IMG/VR virus record: IMGVR_UViG_3300008218_001408
Location: 1 to 25,807 of that record
Length of the DNA: 25,807 bases
Direction: 5' to 3' (one strand)
DNA from: a virus
Taxonomy: Duplodnaviria > Caudoviricetes
This document shows positions 17,094 through 24,733 of the stretch, in pieces. The notes beneath the pieces are model-generated. The model was not told where the DNA came from and searched no databases. It saw only the letters and a list, made by a program, of their open reading frames with translations. Within the stretch, counting starts at the first letter, position 1, and every line of letters begins with the position of its first letter. A program made the position numbers and the translations under genes.

Positions 17094-18824
17094 TTAGATG
17101 TGCCCAGTAGCGCCCAGGAATCGCCGGAAGAGCGACTCTCCGGATATGTCAGCGCCCGCCTGAAGCGTCGCCAACCGGCTGGCCGCTATATCTTCGGCGA
17201 AGGGAGCGAGGAAGGGGTTCACCTGACCCCGCGCATTAGCCAAAATCATCTCCCTGGCTACAGCCGGGTCGGATAGCGCGGCTAGCTGTGCCTGTTGAGC
17301 ATTGCTAACCTCCCCTTGCGTGAAGAGGTCCGCCAGTTCGTCAAACCTAGCAGGCACAGCACTCCGGTTAAACGGGAGGCTCCCACCACGCAAGAAGTCT
17401 GCGAAGTTAGACGACTGGACAGCCCCCGGATTCAAGATGTTTTGAAGCTGGAACTGCGCCGATATGTCCGGGAACTGCCCCGCCACAACACCTCGCGTGG
17501 CCGGGTTGAAATCAAAGGGGGATGCCCCACCAAAGGCGAAGGCGTTGAACTGGTCACGCCGCCCACCCGGCGTAAGGCCAAACCGCTGTTCCGTAAACTG
17601 ACGGAACGGGTCTGTTTGTGTAGGTAGTCCCGTCGCCGAAGGTGCCCTGAAAAAGCTGGTCATGTCTCTGCCTCCTATATCGCCTACACCAAGGGCCGCT
17701 ACGCCACCCATGCTATCATCCAATGCGGTCTTCGGTACAGGGTCGCGTTCGTAGAATAGTTCATCCGCCCACCGGTCTGCCTGTTGCTGCGCCAAGAACC
17801 TGGCCCCGCCAGATGTACCACCTGGCGAGAAGTCAAAGAACTCCCGCCGCACATCCTCACGGAGCGTATTGAAGTCCGTGTACGGCGTCCGGGAATGGCG
17901 AGTCTGAATATGCTGTAGCGCCAGAAACAGCTCAACGAGCTTATCGTCCTCCGCCGCCTCCGCGCTTAGCTCCGCTAGTCCGCCTGTTTCCGTAACATCT
18001 AACCCAAGTTGCGTTAGAAACTGCTGAGACAATTCCTCCGCCCGGGACGACGATGACCCCTGGCTTTCATAATAGAGTCCCAACTCCGCCAACGCTTCAT
18101 CGACCGTTAGGTCATCCAGCGCCAGAAGGTCTTGCACGTTCTGCGGCGTCAGCACCGTGGGCGGCTGATTGCGTGGCTGCTCTTCCTTGGCTCTCAGCAT
18201 ATCGTCAACGCCACCCTGGGGGAAACCAAGAGCCAGCAGGCTATTCACCGCCTGTTCGCGACCCATACCCTGCTCCCCGCGCAGGTGAGCACTGTAGCTA
18301 TCCATAATGGCATGGAAGGTATTGCCTCTTAGCAGGTCTTGCACTCGCTCCGAGACTTCTCCCTGTACTGTTGGTTTAGGAGCATCCATCTCAGCCCGGA
18401 TGTTCGACTCACGCCAGGCGTCGTACTCAGAAGCAGGCAGCCCCAAAGATAGGGCTAATGTCTTCAACGCCTCCGCTGAGATAAGGAGGCGCTGTGCCCA
18501 GAGAGCATCCAAGGCAGCGTAATTAGGGCCAGGGGGCGGGGGAGGCTGAGCGCCAAAGTCACCACCCCCTTCATCTGTCGGAGCCGTCACCGTCACCGGA
18601 GGAGGCTCACCAAATCCCGTACCCAGCTGAAGACCCAGTGACGCCACATCTGGAGCCGTTCCCTGCGCCTCCATAATAGCGGTGGCCCGTGCCGTCGCAT
18701 CCGCCTCCGTGTGCCCTCTGTCCAGAAGTAAGGACTGAATAAGCCCGAACTTGTCATACAGCCCGTTGTCAGGCAGAGCCAGGATGTCCCGAACAGATAC
18801 AGATGGTGAACTAAAGCCGACCAT
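17094..18824 (-). CDS. Putative internal virion / ejection protein, 576 aa, with a possible internal start at 17663
   Basis: TAATG coupling to the portal. Acidic helical N-part and Phe/Gln-rich C-part; internal AGGAGG-7 nt-ATG. Confidence 0.7.
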   Translation of the reverse strand: MVGFSSPSVSVRDILALPDNGLYDKFGLIQSLLLDRGHTEADATARATAIMEAQGTAPDVASLGLQLGTGFGEPPPVTVTAPTDEGGGDFGAQPPPPPGPNYAALDALWAQRLLISAEALKTLALSLGLPASEYDAWRESNIRAEMDAPKPTVQGEVSERVQDLLRGNTFHAIMDSYSAHLRGEQGMGREQAVNSLLALGFPQGGVDDMLRAKEEQPRNQPPTVLTPQNVQDLLALDDLTVDEALAELGLYYESQGSSSSRAEELSQQFLTQLGLDVTETGGLAELSAEAAEDDKLVELFLALQHIQTRHSRTPYTDFNTLREDVRREFFDFSPGGTSGGARFLAQQQADRWADELFYERDPVPKTALDDSMGGVAALGVGDIGGRDMTSFFRAPSATGLPTQTDPFRQFTEQRFGLTPGGRRDQFNAFAFGGASPFDFNPATRGVVAGQFPDISAQFQLQNILNPGAVQSSNFADFLRGGSLPFNRSAVPARFDELADLFTQGEVSNAQQAQLAALSDPAVAREMILANARGQVNPFLAPFAEDIAASRLATLQAGADISGESLFRRFLGATGHI

Positions 18825-20650
18825 TAGCCTCTAGGCCCCGTAAGGCCAATACCCGCCAGGCGTTGCTCCATACTGGCCTGCGCCCCCGGCCTAGCCTGAC
18901 CTGGGAGGGTAGGCCCGCCCGCGTTGGAATTATTCGATTGCCTGGGCGACGGGGGCGCTCCCTGGGCAGAGTTGGAGAAGACCTCTGGCGCTGGCCCACC
19001 AGGACTCACCCCGCCTCCATTTATCTGGTTACCCTGGAAAAGTCCTCCACCCACCATGCCCATCATCTGCATCTGCACTATCCGCTGCTGGTAGAGCATC
19101 ATTAGCTGGTCAAAATACATCTGGGCCAGCATAGGCTCACCACGCTCCGCCAGCGCCATCCCCATCGTGTAGAGCGTGGTCTCCGGCAGCATCCGCTCCC
19201 CTAGCTGCGCCTTCACCGAATCGGCTATCACGCTCGTCTCCGGGAAGCGCATTATCTTCTCGCGAATATACGTATCGTCCGCCAGAGGTACAGGCCCCTC
19301 CCTGAGCATCTGTGCCACCGTTATCTTGGTCATATCGTCTTCCGGTAGCTGCGGGATGAGCTTTACCTCCGGATGGCACCCCTCCCGCACCACCCAGGCG
19401 GGGATAATCTTGGTCTCGCTGCGGATGTTCTTACACGGAATGGCGAATTCAAAGAACCTCTCAGAGCCGTACATCTCCGCTATGATGTCCAGAATCTGCT
19501 CGTAGGCGTTCTGGACGGCATCCAGACGCGGGGTAAGCGCCGTATCCGCGCCTTGCTTCAGAGAGTTGATGGCGAAGCCGGAAAGCTGAAACTGAAGTTC
19601 CCCGAAGACGGCGTGGGAAAGCCCGCCCCGCTGCATCTCCCCAGAGATTAGGCCAAGAATGTCACCCAAGCGTTGTGACATTTCCGCCACTTGCACGGGT
19701 TCCAGCGACTCCCCTTCCGCCAGCGCAATCTCCAGTGACGAGCGGTTGGGGTCGCTCTCAAGCACCTTGGAGCCATCCCGCGAGGTGAGTACCCAGGAGC
19801 GGTCACGGGTCTTGAGCACCAGGTCGAATACCGCCGACATAAGCTGGTTGTTCTTCGGAATGATGCCACGGTTCTCCTCAAAAATGGACTCCATGTACGC
19901 ATCAATCATATCGTTAGCGGAATCGCGCTGAATCATCGGTGCGGTCTCTACTGGCGCAAAGAACACCGGCACTTTATCCGCCCCGTGAGATGTGCGCTTC
20001 TTCAGAATCCGCCCATCCATGACCACGGCGTTAATATTTCGGTCGTAGTAATCGTAGACATCTATCCCCACATCCATCCCCTGGTCATCCGGCAGAGTCA
20101 ACCGCCGGAGACCGTACTCCGCCATGATAGCCCCTTTGGTTTTCTTGAGCTTATTACAAGCCCAATCCAACTCCCCATCCCCACCCACTTCCCAATAGGT
20201 GTGGAGGATGTCCCAGGGCATAATGTCGGCAAAAGTATTCTCGTGCCGGTCTGTACGGAGAAGTGCCCGCCCCACCACACCACCACGGACGGTAACGTAC
20301 CAAGCCAACTGGCTCCGTAGCCGACCACGCTTTCTGAGCCGACCATCCGCCATCTCCAACGCCCCGGTGAGGAACATCTCCTTAGCATCGTCTATCATCC
20401 GCTGGTGTTCTAGGTCACCGGGGTGGCTGATCGAGACGATAAGTTCAGCCTGGGTAATCCAAGCGATTATCTTCTTGGCGACAACCTTGGGCATATTGGA
20501 GGTATAGAAGCCGTAATCGGCGGGTGCATCATCCGCCGTCCGCTCCAGCATGAAGAGCTTCTCATCAGCCCTCATCCTATCCCGGAGGGCGCTGGTCTGC
20601 CGGTGGTGCCTATCTACCCGTTCGCGGATTTCGTCTGGTAGCGATGCCAC
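18824..20650 (-). CDS. Portal protein (podovirus P22/T7-like), 608 aa
   Basis: Follows the large terminase. Motifs SNMPK, WYVTVRG, PWD, VYDYYD, PVF and LSGFAINSL, then a Q/M/G/P-rich tail. GAGGAG RBS before GTG. Confidence 0.85.
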   Translation of the reverse strand: MASLPDEIRERVDRHHRQTSALRDRMRADEKLFMLERTADDAPADYGFYTSNMPKVVAKKIIAWITQAELIVSISHPGDLEHQRMIDDAKEMFLTGALEMADGRLRKRGRLRSQLAWYVTVRGGVVGRALLRTDRHENTFADIMPWDILHTYWEVGGDGELDWACNKLKKTKGAIMAEYGLRRLTLPDDQGMDVGIDVYDYYDRNINAVVMDGRILKKRTSHGADKVPVFFAPVETAPMIQRDSANDMIDAYMESIFEENRGIIPKNNQLMSAVFDLVLKTRDRSWVLTSRDGSKVLESDPNRSSLEIALAEGESLEPVQVAEMSQRLGDILGLISGEMQRGGLSHAVFGELQFQLSGFAINSLKQGADTALTPRLDAVQNAYEQILDIIAEMYGSERFFEFAIPCKNIRSETKIIPAWVVREGCHPEVKLIPQLPEDDMTKITVAQMLREGPVPLADDTYIREKIMRFPETSVIADSVKAQLGERMLPETTLYTMGMALAERGEPMLAQMYFDQLMMLYQQRIVQMQMMGMVGGGLFQGNQINGGGVSPGGPAPEVFSNSAQGAPPSPRQSNNSNAGGPTLPGQARPGAQASMEQRLAGIGLTGPRG

Positions 20651-22010
20651 CCCAACTCCTCATCTGTACGCGCTGGCGGTGCTGGCTAGTTACGTAGCCG
20701 TACCTGTCCACCAACCCGTAAATTATGGCCTTGATGCCGTGGTTGAAACGGTCTTCAGGCTCTTGTCCTATGATGTTATCATTTCTATCCAACCGCCAGC
20801 GGTATGCCTGTAGCTGCTCCGTGTGGGGGTTGAGCGCCACCCCCATCTCAGAGAGCACGCCCTGGCAGTGAGGCGCTATCACGATGCTTGTCCAGTTCCG
20901 GAGCGGGTCGAACTTAAGGAAACTCTTTAGGCGTTCCGTGCCCTGGTTTATCGGTATCTTCTGGCTCCGGAGATACACCTGGGCCTTGGATTGCCACACC
21001 TCCGCCGGAGCGGGCATCGCCTGGTGATACGTTCCAGAGATGTCAATAGCCCCACCACGCACATCTGACCACCAAGGCTTATTCACGGCGATGCCGATAA
21101 TGTCATCGGTAATAAACCGCTCGTAAATCTCATCAATTATCCAGATTTGGCCGTTTATCTCCTGGGCTACCTCCACCGCGTAGGCCCCCGCATACCCAGG
21201 GTCAATCCAAAGATAGACCGGCTCGCCCCTCACGTAAGAGATGTTCTTGACGTGATAGTTGGCGTTGAACTCAGGGAATACCAAGCCCTTCGGCGGCACC
21301 GCCCGGCCCTCAATCCGCTCCATGAAGAAGGTGTCAGAGGACAGCCTCTTGAGGCGCTGGATTTTCGGGTCGTTGATACCTCCCTCGTAGAGATAGACGT
21401 TAGTGTACGAAGGGAGCCGGAAGGAGGCGCAGCCCTCCTCATGCTTCCACGCCTCCGCCACCTGCGGATACCATCCCAACGAGCCTTCCAGTGTTCCCGA
21501 AATGAACACCCAGGCATCTTTTGGCGCGGCGCGGCCTATAACGCGCTCAAAGGACTCCAAATCAAGACCCGCACCCTCACAGACGATAATCCCACGCGGG
21601 GCTTCCATCCGGAGCTTGGAGGGGTCGTTGGCAGACTTGGATTTCACCACCAGCATCGGCTTGGCGTCGGTGTTAGCACCGAACACCTCAATCTGGCCTG
21701 GGTCTAGCCTTTTGGTGGTCTTGGCGTTGTTGCCGAATATCGCCTGCATATCCGAGGCGATATATTCAAACTCCCGCCGGTTCCCCTCATAATCGGCGGA
21801 AACCAACCAGTAAATGGCTGGCTCCTCATCCACCTCACCAAACCGGGAAAGGAAATATTTAGAAGCACAAATGGATTTGCCAGCCTGCTCACCTCCGGTA
21901 ACGATGGTGAACTGCTGGCGGGACTCTAATATGGGCCGCTGGGCATCTGTCGGGGCGAACTTAACCGCCTCAAACAGAGCCTCCTGGACATCCTGGGTAG
22001 CGGTGGTCAG
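20610..22010 (-). CDS. terL: Terminase large subunit, ~466 aa, extended 59 codons beyond the ORF-track start
   Basis: The frame is open up to CTG at 22010 and includes PTDAQ and Walker A GGEQAGKS. Downstream are a Walker B-like IIVCE, coupling motif SGT, PSYTN, GLVFPEF and RNase H-like WIDPGY. Confidence 0.88.
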   Translation of the reverse strand: MTTATQDVQEALFEAVKFAPTDAQRPILESRQQFTIVTGGEQAGKSICASKYFLSRFGEVDEEPAIYWLVSADYEGNRREFEYIASDMQAIFGNNAKTTKRLDPGQIEVFGANTDAKPMLVVKSKSANDPSKLRMEAPRGIIVCEGAGLDLESFERVIGRAAPKDAWVFISGTLEGSLGWYPQVAEAWKHEEGCASFRLPSYTNVYLYEGGINDPKIQRLKRLSSDTFFMERIEGRAVPPKGLVFPEFNANYHVKNISYVRGEPVYLWIDPGYAGAYAVEVAQEINGQIWIIDEIYERFITDDIIGIAVNKPWWSDVRGGAIDISGTYHQAMPAPAEVWQSKAQVYLRSQKIPINQGTERLKSFLKFDPLRNWTSIVIAPHCQGVLSEMGVALNPHTEQLQAYRWRLDRNDNIIGQEPEDRFNHGIKAIIYGLVDRYGYVTSQHRQRVQMRSWGGIATRRNPRTGR

Positions 22011-22157
22011 CTACTTATTCTTAGCCTTCCCCCCCCTGGACTTGCCCGCTTTGGAAAGACTTATAGCGACGGCTTGCTTCGTAGGGCGGCCCTCGCGTTT
22101 TAGCTTCCTTACGTTCTTCCCGATAGCTTTCCGGGATGAGCCACGCTTAAGAGGCAT
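22011..22157 (-). CDS. Small basic protein, 48 aa (MPLKRGSSRKAIGKNVRKLKREGRPTKQAVAISLSKAGK...)
   Basis: AAAGGAG RBS before ATG 22157. Resembles a small protein type I recall near phage terminase genes. The ORF-track 127-aa start is probably too far upstream. Confidence 0.75.
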   Translation of the reverse strand: MPLKRGSSRKAIGKNVRKLKREGRPTKQAVAISLSKAGKSRGGKAKNK

Positions 22158-22503
22158 CAGAACGCTCCTTTCGCCGCCTCCCGGCGTATCTGTAGCACAC
22201 ACAGCCGCCGATAGGCTGATAAGACTCCTCGCCCCCAGCCCTATGGTACACGACATCCGGCTCCAGCCCAACCATCCCCAGCCATTCCCGCCCACACCGG
22301 CTCCTGGCCCAATCAGGGTGTGGGTTCGTCCAGAGAAAGCGACTTTCGCCTCTGCCAGCCTGCTTCCTTGGATATTCGGGCTGATGAAGACCAACCTTAA
22401 TCACAGCACCCACCAGAGCGTAGTACCCCTCCTCCACACTCTCAACCCGGTAGTCGCTCAACCGCAGCATCCGCGTCCGTTTCCCTCTCATCTTGGTGGC
22501 CAT
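22147..22503 (-). CDS. Hypothetical protein, 118 aa
   Basis: GGAGG 8 nt before the ATG; the stop overlaps the start of the next gene. Confidence 0.6.
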   Translation of the reverse strand: MATKMRGKRTRMLRLSDYRVESVEEGYYALVGAVIKVGLHQPEYPRKQAGRGESRFLWTNPHPDWARSRCGREWLGMVGLEPDVVYHRAGGEESYQPIGGCVCYRYAGRRRKERSDAS

Positions 22504-22702
22504 CCTCCTTAACCTCCGCTAGAAAGTCCGCCTGTTCGTAGAAATACTCCCACTGAGGCGCTTCCCCCACTTTCTGAATCGGCTCCTCCAAGCGTATCTT
22601 CACCAGGGCGTTCAGGCCGTTCTCCACTACCATGCCCACACAGTGCTGGAAAAGAGACGTGTGTTTATCGCCCTCTTCGGAGAGCGTTGGATACACCACC
22701 AT
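22442..22702 (-). CDS. Hypothetical protein, ~86 aa (3' part of the 166-aa ORF)
   Basis: ATG at 22702 lies downstream of the predicted terminator, with AGAGAG upstream. The 5' extension crosses a promoter/terminator cassette and does not look coding. Confidence 0.5.
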   Translation of the reverse strand: MVVYPTLSEEGDKHTSLFQHCVGMVVENGLNALVKIRLEEPIQKVGEAPQWEYFYEQADFLAEVKEDGHQDERETDADAAVERLPG

Positions 22703-22751
22703 GACTCTCTTGCCAACAGCTATCACGGTGGCGATTATAGCAAACGGGGTT

Positions 22752-22832
22752 AAAAAGAGAACCCCCTGCCGGTGAGGGAACAACGACAGGGGGCTGTAAG
22801 GAGGTGATGGAGGCCGCTGCGGAAGCCTCCAC
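22752..22832 (-). ncRNA. Predicted ~80-nt small RNA: hairpin, anti-SD linker, terminator
   Basis: 7-bp 5' hairpin, then AUCACCUCCUUA, then a 10-bp stem (with a G-U pair only in minus orientation) followed by UUCUCUUUUU. A promoter lies just upstream. Confidence 0.5.
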
Positions 22833-22837
22833 TCCGA

Positions 22838-22865
22838 ATTATATCCTACTCCAACAGGAAGTCCA
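22838..22865 (-). promoter_or_regulatory. Sigma70-type promoter
   Basis: TGGACT-16 nt-TATAAT (perfect -10). Confidence 0.5.
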
Positions 22866-23451
22866 CCGTTTTTCCAATCTGCACCTTCCCCACGTAATCC
22901 AAATATTCGCCATAGTGCTTCTTCAGCCAGTCCTGGATACACCCTGCGCAGGCAAACAGCCCACCCGGGACGCCCGTCAGCTTCACCTCAGTCATAAGAA
23001 AATGGCTCGGCTGCGGCGGCTTACAGCACGGACTTTTAGATGGCTTCGGTAAGTCCTTAAGATTCACACCAGAGTGTATTATCAGCATCTGAAGGTGTGG
23101 TTTCTTAGAGATGGCCTGCTCTGTAACATTCTTGCCCAACACGGATTGCGCCTGCTCAGCAGACACTAACGGCACACCCGCTGAATTCATGATATGAAGG
23201 TTGGCATAGCCCGAAATCGACAGCTTCACACTCTGCTGTCCGGCGGCGGCGCTGGAAGCCGCCGCCGCCGCGTTGGCTTTGTCTACCATCTTGTCACCAA
23301 ACTGCTCCCGTATCATCCGGTCGTAGGCCCCCCGGTGCGGGTTGACCTTGGTAGGCTTGTTCTTCTTCTTATACGGCCCATTATCTTGCGCCACAATAGC
23401 GTTCTTAATGATTGTAGGGTCAAAGAGCGGCGGTATCTCATCTTTAGCCAT
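22846..23451 (-). CDS. Hypothetical protein with C-terminal Cys cluster, 201 aa
   Basis: TAAGGAGG RBS; Lys-rich; CC...CAGC. Confidence 0.7.
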   Translation of the reverse strand: MAKDEIPPLFDPTIIKNAIVAQDNGPYKKKNKPTKVNPHRGAYDRMIREQFGDKMVDKANAAAAASSAAAGQQSVKLSISGYANLHIMNSAGVPLVSAEQAQSVLGKNVTEQAISKKPHLQMLIIHSGVNLKDLPKPSKSPCCKPPQPSHFLMTEVKLTGVPGGLFACAGCIQDWLKKHYGEYLDYVGKVQIGKTVDFLLE

Positions 23452-23572
23452 TTATCTTCTCCCTCCTTACGTCTCTGCCACAGTCCCGACAGGCATATAT
23501 CCACCACCGACCGAACCGCCGCCTGGAGAGCCAGTACACCCCACCACAGTCCTCGGTGTGCCCTTCAATCAC
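23444..23572 (-). CDS. Small Zn-ribbon-like protein, 42 aa
   Basis: MIEGHTEDCGG...ACRDCGR (HxxxC...CxxC). The GTG start overlaps the upstream TGA (GTGA). Confidence 0.45.
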   Translation of the reverse strand: MIEGHTEDCGGVYWLSRRRFGRWWIYACRDCGRDVRREKING

Positions 23573-23646
23573 CGGAGCGCCTGGCCTATCCCATACGCCA
23601 GGCAAAACAGGGCTAACATCGCTATCGCCAAGAGGAGCGTGCCCAA
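23569..23646 (-). CDS. Small single-pass membrane peptide, 25 aa
   Basis: MGTLLLAIAMLALFCLAYGIGQALR from a TTG start; GTGA-coupled to the next ORF. Confidence 0.4.
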   Translation of the reverse strand: MGTLLLAIAMLALFCLAYGIGQALR

Positions 23647-23649
23647 CCA

Positions 23650-23874
23650 CTAACCGCTCCGGCCCAGAGGCTGCGGGGATTTCATGTCCCTCCAACGCAC
23701 CTCAATGGCTTCCCCCATCATAATAGCCAGGGCGTTCTCCGGGATGAACCTCTTCCGTGCGGAAAGCTTCACATACGGCACCCTCCCGGCCTTCATCGCC
23801 TGCTGGATGGTAGATAAGGACACGCCAACTTTGACGGCGAACTCATTTTCCGTTAGAAATGCGATTTCGTTCAT
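23650..23874 (-). CDS. MerR/excisionase-like HTH DNA-binding protein, 74 aa
   Basis: FLTENEFAVKVGVSLSTIQQAMKAGRVPYVKL...RFIP is a typical HTH_17/Xis pattern. TAAGGAG RBS before ATG 23874. Confidence 0.8.
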   Translation of the reverse strand: MNEIAFLTENEFAVKVGVSLSTIQQAMKAGRVPYVKLSARKRFIPENALAIMMGEAIEVRWRDMKSPQPLGRSG

Positions 23875-23882
23875 AATTCTCC

Positions 23883-24179
23883 TTAAGGCGGGTCTAGCTG
23901 CGCGTATTGCTGGCAGGGGATGCCGAAGTCTTCCTTGTACTTCTTTCTCCGCCACATGCATGAATCACAGAGCACCTTCCCCGCTTGCTCCGCCGTCCCA
24001 TACTTCTTCCAGGGGCCTACCAGCCGGTAGAAACCGGCGGAGCCAACGGCGCTCTCAAAGCCCTTGACCTGCTGTTTGCATCCCGCGCACCGGACGGTCA
24101 ACGGGCCGAAGCTGGGAGCATCGGTGAACTGGCGGTAGGTGTATCTAACCACGCTTATCGAACTCCACGGCCCACGCAA
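23883..24179 (-). CDS. Hypothetical Zn-finger protein (start may be GTG 24152)
   Basis: CAGC...CDSC pair; fits the operon packing. Confidence 0.65.
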   Translation of the reverse strand: MRGPWSSISVVRYTYRQFTDAPSFGPLTVRCAGCKQQVKGFESAVGSAGFYRLVGPWKKYGTAEQAGKVLCDSCMWRRKKYKEDFGIPCQQYAQLDPP

Positions 24180-24540
24180 CAGGCAGGATGTGGTGAGAGG
24201 CCATCGTGCACCCTAAGTTAAACATCTCAGCCAGCGACACACAGTAATACCTCGGCTCGACATGTTCATGTGGTGACCAAGGCCGGTGAACCATCCGGCT
24301 CAACGTCCAGTGCGCACCCTGGAATAACCCATAAGGCACTACCACCACCCTGGATAACACCTTCCTCCAGCGCGGCCAAGCAAAGTAATTCCCTTCCATC
24401 ACCATCGTACAGCCCGGAAAGGCGACGGCCTCACCCTCCCGGTATACACGGAAGGAGCACGCCAAAAATATCCAGAGGTGTCTACCAAAGTCCAGCATTA
24501 CGGTAAACCGCATTAAACCAAGGAAGGAGCCAAAAAGCAA
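24145..24540 (-). CDS. Hypothetical aromatic-rich protein (start uncertain)
   Basis: Only long minus-strand ORF filling the gap; weak RBS. Confidence 0.45.
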   Translation of the reverse strand: MLFGSFLGLMRFTVMLDFGRHLWIFLACSFRVYREGEAVAFPGCTMVMEGNYFAWPRWRKVLSRVVVVPYGLFQGAHWTLSRMVHRPWSPHEHVEPRYYCVSLAEMFNLGCTMASHHILPVAWAVEFDKRG

Positions 24541-24553
24541 CCATTAACCAGTG

Positions 24554-24733
24554 TTAGACGTTAAAACGGGTAGTCTGATGCTGAATGGCCGGTATCAACA
24601 GGGATTGCTTGCACTTCTTGCACCGGCCCTTGCGGCTATCTGGCTGGAGGATGATGTGATGAGGCGTGCCGTTAGGGCAACGGACAAGGTTCTTCCAGTG
24701 CGTCTGTTCCCGCCGAATCTGCGACTCAGGCAT
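24554..24733 (-). CDS. Small Zn-finger-like protein, 59 aa
   Basis: MPESQ...CPNGTPHH...CKKC; G-rich RBS-like sequence upstream. Confidence 0.55.
   Translation of the reverse strand: MPESQIRREQTHWKNLVRCPNGTPHHIILQPDSRKGRCKKCKQSLLIPAIQHQTTRFNV

Noticed and set aside
22804-23052. Plus-strand 82-aa ORF behind a perfect TAAGGAGGTG
   Set aside because: The SD abuts the start codon (0-2 nt spacing), the ORF is antisense to the 201-aa gene, and hairpin wobble and U-tract polarity favour a minus-strand RNA.
23650-23874. Proof of a temperate lifestyle from the Xis-like HTH
   Set aside because: This fold is common in general regulators, and no integrase, att site or host gene is visible in the window.
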